Source: Candidatus Blochmanniella floridana | Lineage (GTDB): Bacteria > Pseudomonadota > Gammaproteobacteria > Enterobacterales > Enterobacteriaceae | Assembly (NCBI GenBank): GCA_000043285.1 | Contig: BX248583.1 | Span: forward strand, 540,001 to 572,000 | Direction of reading: 5' to 3' | Length of the DNA: 32,000 nt | Part shown: piece after piece, positions 12,568 to 22,159 of the stretch | Position numbering within the stretch: the first letter of the stretch is position 1 | Layout of the letters: each line of letters begins with the position of its first letter | Program-made: the position numbers and the translations under genes | The notes under the pieces: generated by a model | What the model was told of the DNA's origin: nothing | What the model saw: the letters and a program-made list of their open reading frames with translations, nothing else | The model's database searches: none

Positions 12568-12833
12568 AGTTAAATTATTACTATCTAAATATATTTTACA
12601 TCATATATTATATTCATAACCAATTCATTAAAAATACTAGTACTTTATAAAGTATCATTAATCTAATAATTTATTAATCATTCATTCTCAATAAATACAA
12701 AACACCATTTTATTTCATCAAAAACATCTCAACTCTATTTCATAATCTAAGACATTAAAAACACATTCTATATTTTTCACAACATTTAACTACTTTAAAA
12801 ATAATTAATATATTAAATATTACTCAACAATAA

Positions 12834-14051
12834 CTAACTTCCAGAATACTTTTGCATAACTAACGTAGCATTCGTTCCTCCAAATCCAAAACTATTAGTC
12901 ATAACTACTGTTAATTTTTGATGAATAGTTTTTCTGATAACCTTCATATTTTCTAAATATGGATCTAATTGATCAATATTAATACTAGGAGCTATAAAAT
13001 TATGTTTTAACATCAATAAAGTAAAAATTATTTCATGCACTCCTGCTGCTCCTAAAGCATGACCAGTCATAGATTTAGTAGAAGAAAAATACGGATGTTG
13101 ATTTCCAAAAACCTTATATAAAGCCTGCAACTCTTTTATATCACCTATTTGTGTTGATGTACCATGCATATTCAAATAATCTACAGAGTCATCAACATTT
13201 CTTAAAGCTATTTGCATACACCTTATTGCTCCTTCTCCAGAAGGAGCAACCATATCAAATCCATCAGAAGTAGCACCATACCCTACAATTTCTCCATAGA
13301 TATGCGCATTGCGATCCAAAGCGTGCGTTAACTCTTCTACAACTACTATTCCTCCTCCTCCAGCAATAACAAATCCATCTCTATTAAGATCATATGGACG
13401 TGATGCTTTTTCTGGAATATCATTATATTTAGTGGATAACGCCCCCATTGCATCAAATTCACATGCCATTTCCCAACATAACTCTTCTCCTCCTCCAGCA
13501 AAAACAATCACTTGTTTCCCTGATTGAATTAATTCAAATGCATGTCCAACACAATGAGTAGATGTAGAACAAGCAGAACTAATAGAATAACTCATACCTT
13601 TAATTTTAAAAAAAGTTGCTAAACAAGCTGATATCCCTGAAGCCATAGATTTTGTAACCATATATGGACCTACTCCTCTTAATCCACGTGTTCTCATTCC
13701 ATTAGATCCCAATACTTGATTACGAGGAGAACCTCCTCCTGACCCAACAATCAATCCTGTATAATCATTAATTATCATATCTTTGGATAACCCAGAATCC
13801 TGTACAGCCTGATCCATCGATAAATAAGCATATATAGCAGCATCACTCATAAATCGAGCAATTTTTCGATCAATTAAACCATCTATATTTAACTTAATAT
13901 TACCCCAAACACAACTTCGCATACCTGATTCTTGTAACTCTTTAGAAAAAGTTATTCCAGATCGACCATTTTTCAAAGAAACTAATACTTCATCTTGATT
14001 ATTACCAATGCTTGATATAATTCCTAAGCCAGTAACAACAACTCGTTTCAT
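12834..14051 (-). CDS. fabB: 3-oxoacyl-ACP synthase I (KAS I)
   Basis: The track ORF runs to 14087, but homology starts at [22 protein letters not shown], whose ATG is at 14051 (E. coli FabB begins MKRAVITGLGIVSSIGNNQQEV). That gives 405 aa against 406 in E. coli. The active-site region [10 protein letters not shown] and the C-terminal [14 protein letters not shown] are present. Confidence 0.95.
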   Translation of the reverse strand: MKRVVVTGLGIISSIGNNQDEVLVSLKNGRSGITFSKELQESGMRSCVWGNIKLNIDGLIDRKIARFMSDAAIYAYLSMDQAVQDSGLSKDMIINDYTGLIVGSGGGSPRNQVLGSNGMRTRGLRGVGPYMVTKSMASGISACLATFFKIKGMSYSISSACSTSTHCVGHAFELIQSGKQVIVFAGGGEELCWEMACEFDAMGALSTKYNDIPEKASRPYDLNRDGFVIAGGGGIVVVEELTHALDRNAHIYGEIVGYGATSDGFDMVAPSGEGAIRCMQIALRNVDDSVDYLNMHGTSTQIGDIKELQALYKVFGNQHPYFSSTKSMTGHALGAAGVHEIIFTLLMLKHNFIAPSINIDQLDPYLENMKVIRKTIHQKLTVVMTNSFGFGGTNATLVMQKYSGS

Positions 14052-14679
14052 CTTAATACACCTCATATAATAACTACAACCGTTCAATAACAGTCAACAA
14101 TTTACTTTATAATATATTTCATCAAAATTTTTACTTATATAAAAGAAGGAAGCATGACAACACCAACACAGTGCTTAATTATTCTAATAGTGACTTACAT
14201 ACAATGATTAGAGCAGAGTTTAACATTAAAATTCTAAATTAAATAATCACCTACTTACTATTTCACTGATTATAGAATTTATTATTTACATGTTAATAAT
14301 ATTAAATAATTATAAACCCACTGTCAAACCTAAAATTCCTTAATATTCCAAGAATTTTCTAAAATTCTCATACAATTATTATATAATACAATGATTCTAC
14401 ACCTAAATATAATTTATAACTGTTCATCTATAACAATACAGTTCCAATTTCATTATTTAATAATTCATATAAATAAAACTATACATATACAATATTTATA
14501 TATAAAATGTCCTAACATATATGTATGTAATATTACTATTAATTAGACTTCATTAACAATAAAATAATATAATAATATTGAATTAAAACTTACGATATAT
14601 CAATATGATATATTAAAATTATATACACAATAAACCTCATAATTAATTATAGAGTGAATCATTACATAAATTCATACCG

Positions 14680-15591
14680 ATGCCAAAAACAAAAATGTGC
14701 ACTATTTTAGATTTATTGCGATGGGGCAGTAGTCGATTTAATGCCGCACAACTTACCTATGGTCATGGTACCGATAATTTTTGGGATGAAGCATTACATT
14801 TAATTTTACCTAGTTTATATTTACCTTTAAATATACCTACAAAAATATATCATGCTAAACTAAGCATGAAAGAACGCTCTCTAATCATGAAATTAATTAA
14901 TCTTCGGATTCAAAAACATATACCAGTCCCATACCTCACAAACAAAGCATGGTTTTGTGGATTAGAATTTTACGTAGATAATCGAGTATTTATTCCTAGA
15001 TCTCCTATCGGAGAATTGATTTTATCAAACTTTCACAATTTGCTATCTACCCCCCCTAAATATGTATTAGACTTATGTACCGGTAGCGGATGCATAGCTA
15101 TTGCTATTGCAACAATATATCCAAAATCTAAAATAGATGCATCAGATATATCAATTCATGCATTAAAAGTAGCTGAACACAATATTCAGCTACATAATTT
15201 AGCACATCAAATTCTACCTATTCATTCAGATTTATTTAATAATATACCTTTAATAAAATATGATCTTATTATTACTAATCCCCCATACGTCAGTAATATT
15301 GTTATGCGTAAATTACCAAAAGAATTTCTACACGAACCTACATTAGCTTTATCTGCAAATTCCAATGGATTAGAAATAATCCATCGCATTCTCATAAACA
15401 TTACTAATTATTTAAATACAAATGGAATATTAATATGTGAAACAGGAATATCAAAAAACTCCGTTATTCAATACTACCCAAATACTCCATTCCATTGGTT
15501 TAATTTCAATCATAAAGATGGAGGAGTATTTGCTTTAACTTACAAACAATTATTATCTTTTAGAAATAAAAACTATATCATTAAGGAATAA
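14680..15591 (+). CDS. prmB: Ribosomal protein uL3 glutamine N5-methyltransferase
   Basis: 303-aa ORF. It contains LLRWGSSRFNAAQLTYGHGTDNFWDEALHLILPSLYLPL, YLTNKAWFCGLEFYVD, the SAM motif LDLCTGSGCIAI and the catalytic NPPY (ITNPPYV). A start at 14695 (M6) cannot be excluded. Confidence 0.88.
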   Translation: MPKTKMCTILDLLRWGSSRFNAAQLTYGHGTDNFWDEALHLILPSLYLPLNIPTKIYHAKLSMKERSLIMKLINLRIQKHIPVPYLTNKAWFCGLEFYVDNRVFIPRSPIGELILSNFHNLLSTPPKYVLDLCTGSGCIAIAIATIYPKSKIDASDISIHALKVAEHNIQLHNLAHQILPIHSDLFNNIPLIKYDLIITNPPYVSNIVMRKLPKEFLHEPTLALSANSNGLEIIHRILINITNYLNTNGILICETGISKNSVIQYYPNTPFHWFNFNHKDGGVFALTYKQLLSFRNKNYIIKE

Positions 15592-15594
15592 ATA

Positions 15595-16668
15595 ATGGCC
15601 GGTAATAGTATTGGGCAATATTTTAAGGTTACAACTTTCGGAGAATCACACGGACCTGCAATAGGTGGAATTATCGATGGAGTACCTCCAGGCCTATCTT
15701 TGAACGCACAAGATATACAATTTGATTTAAATCGAAGACGGCCAGGAACATCTCGTTATACTAGCCCTCGATCAGAACCAGATATCGTAGAAATTCTATC
15801 TGGAGTTTTCAATGAAAAAACCACGGGTACCAGTATAGGTTTAATTATTAAAAACATTGATCAACGTTCCCAAGATTATGAAGAAATTAAAAATTTATAT
15901 AGGCCCGGTCATGCTGATTATACTTACGAGAAAAAATATGGATTACGAGATTATCGAGGAGGAGGCAGATCTTCTGCTCGAGAAACTGCAATCCGAGTAG
16001 CAGCAGGAGCTATTGCTAAAAAATATCTTTATAAAATAAATAAAATTAATATTCGAGCCTATTTAAAACAAATAGGACACATCCATTGTGATTTTAAGGA
16101 TTGGATCTATGTCAACAATAATCCTTTTTTTTGTCCAAATCCTGAACAAATAACAGAATTGGATTTATTTATACGTAATTTAAAAAAATTAGGAAATTCT
16201 GTTGGTGCAAAAGTAACAATCATTGCAGAAAATTTACCTATAGGATTAGGTGAACCTGTATTTGATCGACTCGATGCCGATCTAGCTCATGCCCTAATGA
16301 GTATTAATGCAGTAAAAGGCATAGAAATTGGAGATGGATTTTCAGCAATTACCAAACTCGGCAGCGAATATCGAGATGAAATTACTTCACAAGGATTTCA
16401 AAGTAATCACTCTGGGGGCATACTAGGAGGAATTAGCACCGGACAACCTATAATTATGCACATTGCTATTAAACCAACCTCCAGTATAAAAATACCTGGA
16501 AAAACTGTTACCAATCATAATCAAGAAACACAAATTATAACCACTGGAAGACATGATCCATGTATAGGTATTAGAATTATTCCCATAGCAGAAGCGATGG
16601 TAGCTATTATTCTAATGGATCATATATTAAGATTCCGAGCTCAATGTGGTGATAGAAAAATAATATAA
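15595..16668 (+). CDS. aroC: Chorismate synthase
   Basis: 357-aa ORF beginning [35 protein letters not shown] and RPGHADYTY motifs are present. The ATG is 3 nt after the prmB stop, and an AAGGA sits in the prmB 3' end. Confidence 0.95.
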   Translation: MAGNSIGQYFKVTTFGESHGPAIGGIIDGVPPGLSLNAQDIQFDLNRRRPGTSRYTSPRSEPDIVEILSGVFNEKTTGTSIGLIIKNIDQRSQDYEEIKNLYRPGHADYTYEKKYGLRDYRGGGRSSARETAIRVAAGAIAKKYLYKINKINIRAYLKQIGHIHCDFKDWIYVNNNPFFCPNPEQITELDLFIRNLKKLGNSVGAKVTIIAENLPIGLGEPVFDRLDADLAHALMSINAVKGIEIGDGFSAITKLGSEYRDEITSQGFQSNHSGGILGGISTGQPIIMHIAIKPTSSIKIPGKTVTNHNQETQIITTGRHDPCIGIRIIPIAEAMVAIILMDHILRFRAQCGDRKII

Positions 16669-16860
16669 TTATATCCTTATTAATATAATCACTACATATA
16701 TTATAAAAATTATAAATACTAATCTTTATTACAATCGATTATTACATTATTATGATATAATTTAGCCATAACTCTTCATTACCTAATATCATTTACTATA
16801 TATAATTAATTCAACTATATATACTGATATTACAATATTTTATATGAATCATATTCATTT

Positions 16861-16932
16861 GTCTTCGTAGTTAAACGGATATAACAAGCCTCTCCTAAAG
16901 GCTAATTACAGGTTCGATCCCTGTCGAAGACA
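16861..16932 (+). tRNA. argW: tRNA-Arg (anticodon CCT)
   Basis: Folded by hand. Acceptor gtcttcg/cgaagac, D stem gtta/taac, anticodon stem agcct/aggct with loop cTCCTaa, T stem acagg/cctgt with loop ttcgatc, discriminator A. It resembles E. coli argW. No CCA is encoded (next bases are act). Confidence 0.88.
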
Positions 16933-17151
16933 ACTTAATTTTATTATTCCAATATCAACACTATCTTCAATTTCATATATCGAACCAAAACATACAATTA
17001 ATTTTATTAATACAACAACATTTTCAAAATCATATAAACTCCATTAATTAACTATATAATTTAATCATCACTACTACTAATCTATATTTGACTTGTCACC
17101 TTTTTATCAATACTAAAAACAATTAGACTATAACCTGCATTATAAAATACA

Positions 17152-18390
17152 TTATTCCGAAAAAATACCTATCAATAAATATATATTTAATGCTATCACA
17201 ATCATCGTAATTATCCATCCTAAAAAATTCATCCAAAAAGAATTAACTAACTCATGCATCAAATTCACATTACCAGTAAAAAGCAATAATGGAACCAATG
17301 CTAACGCAATACCAAAACTAAGTAATACTTGGCTCATAATTAAAATATGAGTCGGATCAATTTTTAAAGCAATAATTATAAAAGATGGAAACATAGTAAC
17401 AATACGACGTAATACAATTGGAATATAAAATCTAACAAAACCTTGCATCACCACTTGACCAGCTAAAGTACCTACTACCGTTGAAGATAATCCAGCAGCA
17501 GTTAAACTTAATCCAAAAATTACAGCAGCGGTATGACTTAATAAAGGAGATAATGTTAAATAAGCTTCATCCAAACTAGCAACACCAGTATGTCCTCTAA
17601 AATGAAATACAGATGCTGCAGTAGCCATCATAGACAAATTTACAAACCCCGCTATAGTCATAGCAATAGCAACATCTAATTTAGTAGAAGAATACCGTTC
17701 AGATTTAGTTGCTATTACACTAGAATCCTGAGTTAATGAAGAATGTAAATAAATAACATGAGGCATAATAGTTGCTCCCAATACTCCTGCTGATAAAAAT
17801 ACAGCTTCCTTATTAGGCAATATCGGACACAACATACTCATGCCTAACTCAATTAATTGAGGTTTAGAATAAAATAATTCAATAACATATGCAATTGCAA
17901 CAAATAACAATAAACCACCAACAACTAATTCTAAAGGTTTTCTTCCATAATTTTGTAAAGTTAAAATTAAAAATGTAGCTACTCCAGTCAATAACGCTCC
18001 ATTCAATAAAGATATTCCTAATAATATTTGAAATCCAATAGCAGCTCCAATAAATTCTGCCAAATCTGTCGCCATAGCAATAATTTCCGCCTGCACCCAA
18101 TATATCCATACTAATGATTTAGGAAACTGATCACGAATATGCTCTGCTAAATTTTTACCAGTAGCAATTCCTAATTTTGCAGATAATAATTGAATCAACA
18201 TAGCCATTATATTAGCCCATACCACCACCCATAATAATTGATATCCAAAAGTAGCTCCAGCTTGTATATTAGTTGCAAAATTCCCTGGATCAATATATCC
18301 AATTGCTGCTATAAAAGCAGGCCCAAGTAACGCAAACTTAACTTTCCGATTAGTACAATTCCCAATTACATCAGACTGCTTCTCTAACAT
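17152..18390 (-). CDS. mntH: Divalent metal (Mn2+/Fe2+):H+ symporter, NRAMP family
   Basis: The track ORF starts at a TTG at 18405. The first ATG, at 18390, gives 412 aa, the same length as E. coli MntH. Long identical runs are present, for example [47 protein letters not shown] and [24 protein letters not shown]. Confidence 0.93.
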   Translation of the reverse strand: MLEKQSDVIGNCTNRKVKFALLGPAFIAAIGYIDPGNFATNIQAGATFGYQLLWVVVWANIMAMLIQLLSAKLGIATGKNLAEHIRDQFPKSLVWIYWVQAEIIAMATDLAEFIGAAIGFQILLGISLLNGALLTGVATFLILTLQNYGRKPLELVVGGLLLFVAIAYVIELFYSKPQLIELGMSMLCPILPNKEAVFLSAGVLGATIMPHVIYLHSSLTQDSSVIATKSERYSSTKLDVAIAMTIAGFVNLSMMATAASVFHFRGHTGVASLDEAYLTLSPLLSHTAAVIFGLSLTAAGLSSTVVGTLAGQVVMQGFVRFYIPIVLRRIVTMFPSFIIIALKIDPTHILIMSQVLLSFGIALALVPLLLFTGNVNLMHELVNSFWMNFLGWIITMIVIALNIYLLIGIFSE

Positions 18391-18647
18391 ACAAAACCCT
18401 CTCAAAATAACATTTCACCTAAAATTATACTATATTTTATAAAAATAATTACATTCTCAATTGTAATGTATATACTCAACTCTCATCGATATTACTTATT
18501 TTACCTTATATCATATTTATTACATAACAAGATTATTAAAAATAATACTAAGAAATATTTGTTTCAACAAAACTAACCCTATATAATAATTTATATTATT
18601 ATAATTTAAATTATATTATATATATATAATTATTTTTATATTGTTAT

Positions 18648-19877
18648 ATGATATGGAATAACATGGATAATATATACCACAATATAATATCTCGAATCAT
18701 GCATTTCAGTATAGGACTTAGTTTAATAATAATTTTATCATTACTGATTAGTAAGAATATTAAAAATATTCAAATACGTTATATTATTCAAGTATTAATC
18801 ATAGAAATTATTATAGGATATTTCATTTTACACTCAACAATAGGATTAGAATCCATACAAAAAATATGTTATTTATTTGATACATTATTGTTTTTTGCAT
18901 CAAAAGGCACAAACTTTGTATTTGGAGATATAAATACACACAAAACAACATCAATTTTTTTTCTGAACGTATTGTGCCCAATTATTTTTATTTCTTCAAT
19001 CATCGGAATTTTACAATATTCTCATATCTTAATACATATCATTAATACAATTGGTATCCTTTTATCTAAAATTAGTGGCATGGGAAAATTAGAATCTTTT
19101 AATATCATTAGTTCATTAATTTTAGGACAATCTGAAAATTTTATAATTTATAAAGATATTATTGCGCATATTTCTGAACCAAGAATATACACCATGGCGG
19201 CAACAGCTATGTCTACAGTATCTTTATCAATGATTAGCGTATATATGACTATGTTAAATCCCAAATATGTCATAGCTGCTTTACTATTAAATATGTTTAG
19301 TACTATAATTATATTATCTTTAATTAATCCCTATACTATAAATCCAGAACAAGATTTATATATTCCTTATTTTATAACTAAAAATAATAATTTTTTTACA
19401 ATTATAGGAGAATATATTTTAATAGGATTTAACATTGCTACCACCGTTGCAGCAATGTTAATAGGATTCATAGCTCTGATCACTGCTACAAACACAATAT
19501 TTAAAATAATATTTGGTATATCCTTACAACATATATTAAGTTATATTTTTTTACCATTTACCTGGACTATAGGAATACCTATAGCTGAAATATTACCAGT
19601 TAGCAAAATAATGGCAACTAAACTAATTACCAACGAATTTGTTGCTATGATAGATTTACAAAAAATCCTCCACACTCTATCCACAAGATCTATAGGTATT
19701 TTATCAATCTTTTTAGTATCATTTTCTAATTTTACATCTATAGGAATTATTATAGGAACAATTACCAAATTAAATACAACTCAAGGCAAAATAATAGCAC
19801 ACTACGGGCTAAGATTAATATACAGTTCAACTTTAGTTAATTTATTATCTGCTACAATTGCTAGTTTAATATTATAA
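18648..19877 (+). CDS. nupC: Nucleoside:H+ symporter (CNT family)
   Basis: 409-aa ORF aligning along its length with E. coli NupC (IRYIIQ, GTNFVFG, GMGKLESFN..SSLILGQSENFI.YKDI, YTMAATAMSTVS, ATKL..NEFVAM.DLQKI). The start is ambiguous: ATGs at 18648, 18663 and 18699 are all in frame, and the alignment favours one of the later two. Confidence 0.88.
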   Translation: MIWNNMDNIYHNIISRIMHFSIGLSLIIILSLLISKNIKNIQIRYIIQVLIIEIIIGYFILHSTIGLESIQKICYLFDTLLFFASKGTNFVFGDINTHKTTSIFFLNVLCPIIFISSIIGILQYSHILIHIINTIGILLSKISGMGKLESFNIISSLILGQSENFIIYKDIIAHISEPRIYTMAATAMSTVSLSMISVYMTMLNPKYVIAALLLNMFSTIIILSLINPYTINPEQDLYIPYFITKNNNFFTIIGEYILIGFNIATTVAAMLIGFIALITATNTIFKIIFGISLQHILSYIFLPFTWTIGIPIAEILPVSKIMATKLITNEFVAMIDLQKILHTLSTRSIGILSIFLVSFSNFTSIGIIIGTITKLNTTQGKIIAHYGLRLIYSSTLVNLLSATIASLIL

Positions 19878-20266
19878 TACAAACACTTAATTATTAAATC
19901 CAGTATTAAAAATTATAAATATATCTAATATCAAAGAAAATTCGAATGTTTATTATCAACTTTTTATTAAAATATACTTATAAATATACAAACAATATAT
20001 AAACTCATTATTGTAACAAACCTATACGAATATCCAAACCACACACTTTCTTGTATACCATAAATTATTATACCCACTGAGATATAAACTAATCATATCT
20101 TTTATCATTTATTATTATAATTAAAATTAATTACTACCTAGCTTTCAATATAAAATTGAACTGCACTCAATATATTAATATATTTATTTTATCAGCATTC
20201 ATATTAAATTATACACATACACTATATTTATTAATTTATACACTTCTTACATTAAAAAAATTGTTA

Positions 20267-21718
20267 CTAATCATGTGATAATGAATTTATATAATCTATC
20301 GCTCGATCAATACGATCTAAAACTTGACATTTTCCAATAATATATACAACAATACTCATACTTGGAGATTTATCACTACCAATTAATGCCACACGCAGTG
20401 CCATACCAACCATATTCATGTTCATATTTAATTCATGAACAGTCTCTTTTATAGTAGTTTGTACAGTTTTTATCGTCCAATTACTTATATTATTTAACTT
20501 CTTTCTAAAAAATTTCAAAGGATTTATCATAGTAGGTATCAAATATTTCTTAGCTATTTTTTTTTCAAAAATATTAAAATCTTTACATAAATAACGATAA
20601 TTAAATATCATTTCTTTCAATGTATGAGACCGTTTTGAAAATAAATTTACTAAATCAATTAATTTTACACTATCTATATCACTAATATTTTGTATCTGTA
20701 TATATTCAGATAAATATTTTATAATATGATTGACCGGTAAATGGTTAATGTAATAATGATTAAACCACATTAATTTATTAATATCAAAAACACTAGCAGA
20801 TTTATGAATCTCGCTAAAATCAAAATATTTTTTCATTTGATCCATACTAAAAATCTCTTGATTTCCATATGACCATCCCAGTCTAACTAAACAATTTAAT
20901 ATAGCTTCCGGCAAAAAACCATCGTTACGATACTGCATAATTCCTGATTTCCCGTGACGTTTTGATAACTTTTTACGATTTTGATCTAAAATCATAGGAA
21001 CATGTATATATTGAGGAATTTCAGCACGCAATGCTTTTAAAATATTAATCTGACGAGGAGTATTATTAATATGCTCCTCTCCTCTTACAACATGTGTAAT
21101 ATTCATATCCATATCATCTACTACTACACAAAAATTATACGTAGGAACCCCATTCGATCTTTGAATTATTATATCATCCAATTCACAATTATCGAACGTA
21201 ATCATACCTCGAACTTGATCATAAAACGATACCTTTCCAACATCAGGATTACAAAAACGCACAACATAAGATCCCTTATCACTATCTATAATACGATTGG
21301 TATTTAACATTGCATTATTTTTAAACATACATATCGTACGACAACGTCCATCATATTTCGGCTTCTCTCCAGATTTCATTTGATTTAATCGCAGTAAACT
21401 CAATCGCTCTTCAGAACAAAAACACCTATAAGCTATATTATTTTGCAACATATCATATATTATACTATTATATCTATTCAACCTTTTAGTTTGAAAATAA
21501 GGACCTTCATCCCAATCTAACCGAAGCCATTTCATAATAGAAATAATATTTTTTATAACTTCATCATTATCTAAATGCACTGTATTAGTATCTTCAATAC
21601 GAAGTACAAATTTTCCACCTTGCTTCCGAGCAAATAACCATGCATACAATGCAGTTCTAATATTACCAATATGTAAATATCCAGTGGGGCTGGGGGCAAA
21701 TCTAGTTTTAATATTCAT
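20267..21718 (-). CDS. gltX: Glutamyl-tRNA synthetase
   Basis: The track ORF begins at a GTG at 21724. The ATG at 21718 gives [25 protein letters not shown] (E. coli: [25 protein letters not shown]). The HIGH-type motif, the KLSKR (KMSKS-class) motif and [11 protein letters not shown] are present. Confidence 0.94.
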   Translation of the reverse strand: [483 protein letters not shown]

Positions 21719-21818
21719 TAACACATATCCAAATTCATCTTATTTATACTATTTAATATAATAACATAATCCCAATATATTTAATTTCCAAAAAAAATTC
21801 TATTTTTATAAAAAACCA

Positions 21819-21846
21819 TTGACTCTACGCTACGAATTTATATAAT
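21819..21846 (+). promoter_or_regulatory. Candidate sigma70 promoter for the tRNA-Val/tRNA-Lys unit
   Basis: TTGACT (21819-21824), a 16-nt spacer and TATAAT (21841-21846), ending 21 nt upstream of the tRNA-Val 5' end. The spacer ctacgctacgaattta is relatively GC-rich. In DNA this AT-rich the -10 alone means little, so the call rests on the TTGAC -35 and the spacing. Confidence 0.5.
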
Positions 21847-21867
21847 CTCAATTCAACAAATATATAT

Positions 21868-21940
21868 AGGTGATTAGCTCAATAGGTAGAGTATCTCTCT
21901 TACAAGGAGAAGGTCGGCGGTTCAAATCCGCCATCACCTA
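21868..21940 (+). tRNA. valU: tRNA-Val (anticodon TAC)
   Basis: Folded by hand. Acceptor aggtgat/atcacct, D stem gctc/gagt, anticodon stem tctct/ggaga with loop cTTACaa, T stem ggcgg/ccgcc, discriminator A. It is close to E. coli tRNA-Val(UAC). No CCA is encoded (next bases are tat). Confidence 0.9.
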
Positions 21941-21983
21941 TATCATGTTAAAAGTCCGTCATGTTGATTTTTATAACAAATCT

Positions 21984-22056
21984 GGGTCGTTAGCTCAGTT
22001 GGTAGAGCAGTTGACTTTTAATCAATTGGTCGCAGGTTCAAGTCCTGCACGACCCA
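21984..22056 (+). tRNA. lysV: tRNA-Lys (anticodon TTT)
   Basis: gggtcgttagctcagttggtagagcagttgacttttaatcaattggtcgcaggttcaagtcctgcacgaccca is almost identical to E. coli tRNA-Lys(UUU), with a full cloverleaf. No CCA is encoded (next bases are tac). Confidence 0.93.
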
Positions 22057-22159
22057 TACTTATACAAACACATCTTTGGAATGTCAATACAAATTCATCA
22101 AATCTAAAATATCTCTTATATTCAATATATATTTTAATTATTTTGAAATAAAAAAATGA

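Noticed and set aside
12641-12654. A perfect 14-bp palindrome, TACTTTATAAAGTA, between fabB and pdxB.
   Set aside because: With this base composition I estimate about one perfect 7+7 palindrome by chance in the roughly 4-5 kb of spacer. It is AT-only, so it is neither a credible terminator stem nor a recognisable operator.
16669-17151. A possible integrated element at tRNA-Arg(CCU), since argW is a prophage attachment site in E. coli.
   Set aside because: No integrase or other ORF of 60 aa or more is present, I could see no direct repeat of the tRNA 3' end downstream, and the flanks are ordinary AT-rich spacer.
18441-18470. A Fur-box-like sequence upstream of mntH.
   Set aside because: It matches the 19-bp Fur consensus at only 11/19 positions in DNA that is nearly all A/T, which is indistinguishable from background.
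21870-22151. A 93-aa plus-strand ORF.
   Set aside because: It reads straight through tRNA-Val and tRNA-Lys. Its GC-rich middle (for example SLAQLVEQLTFNQLVAGSSPARP) is simply the tRNA sequence translated.
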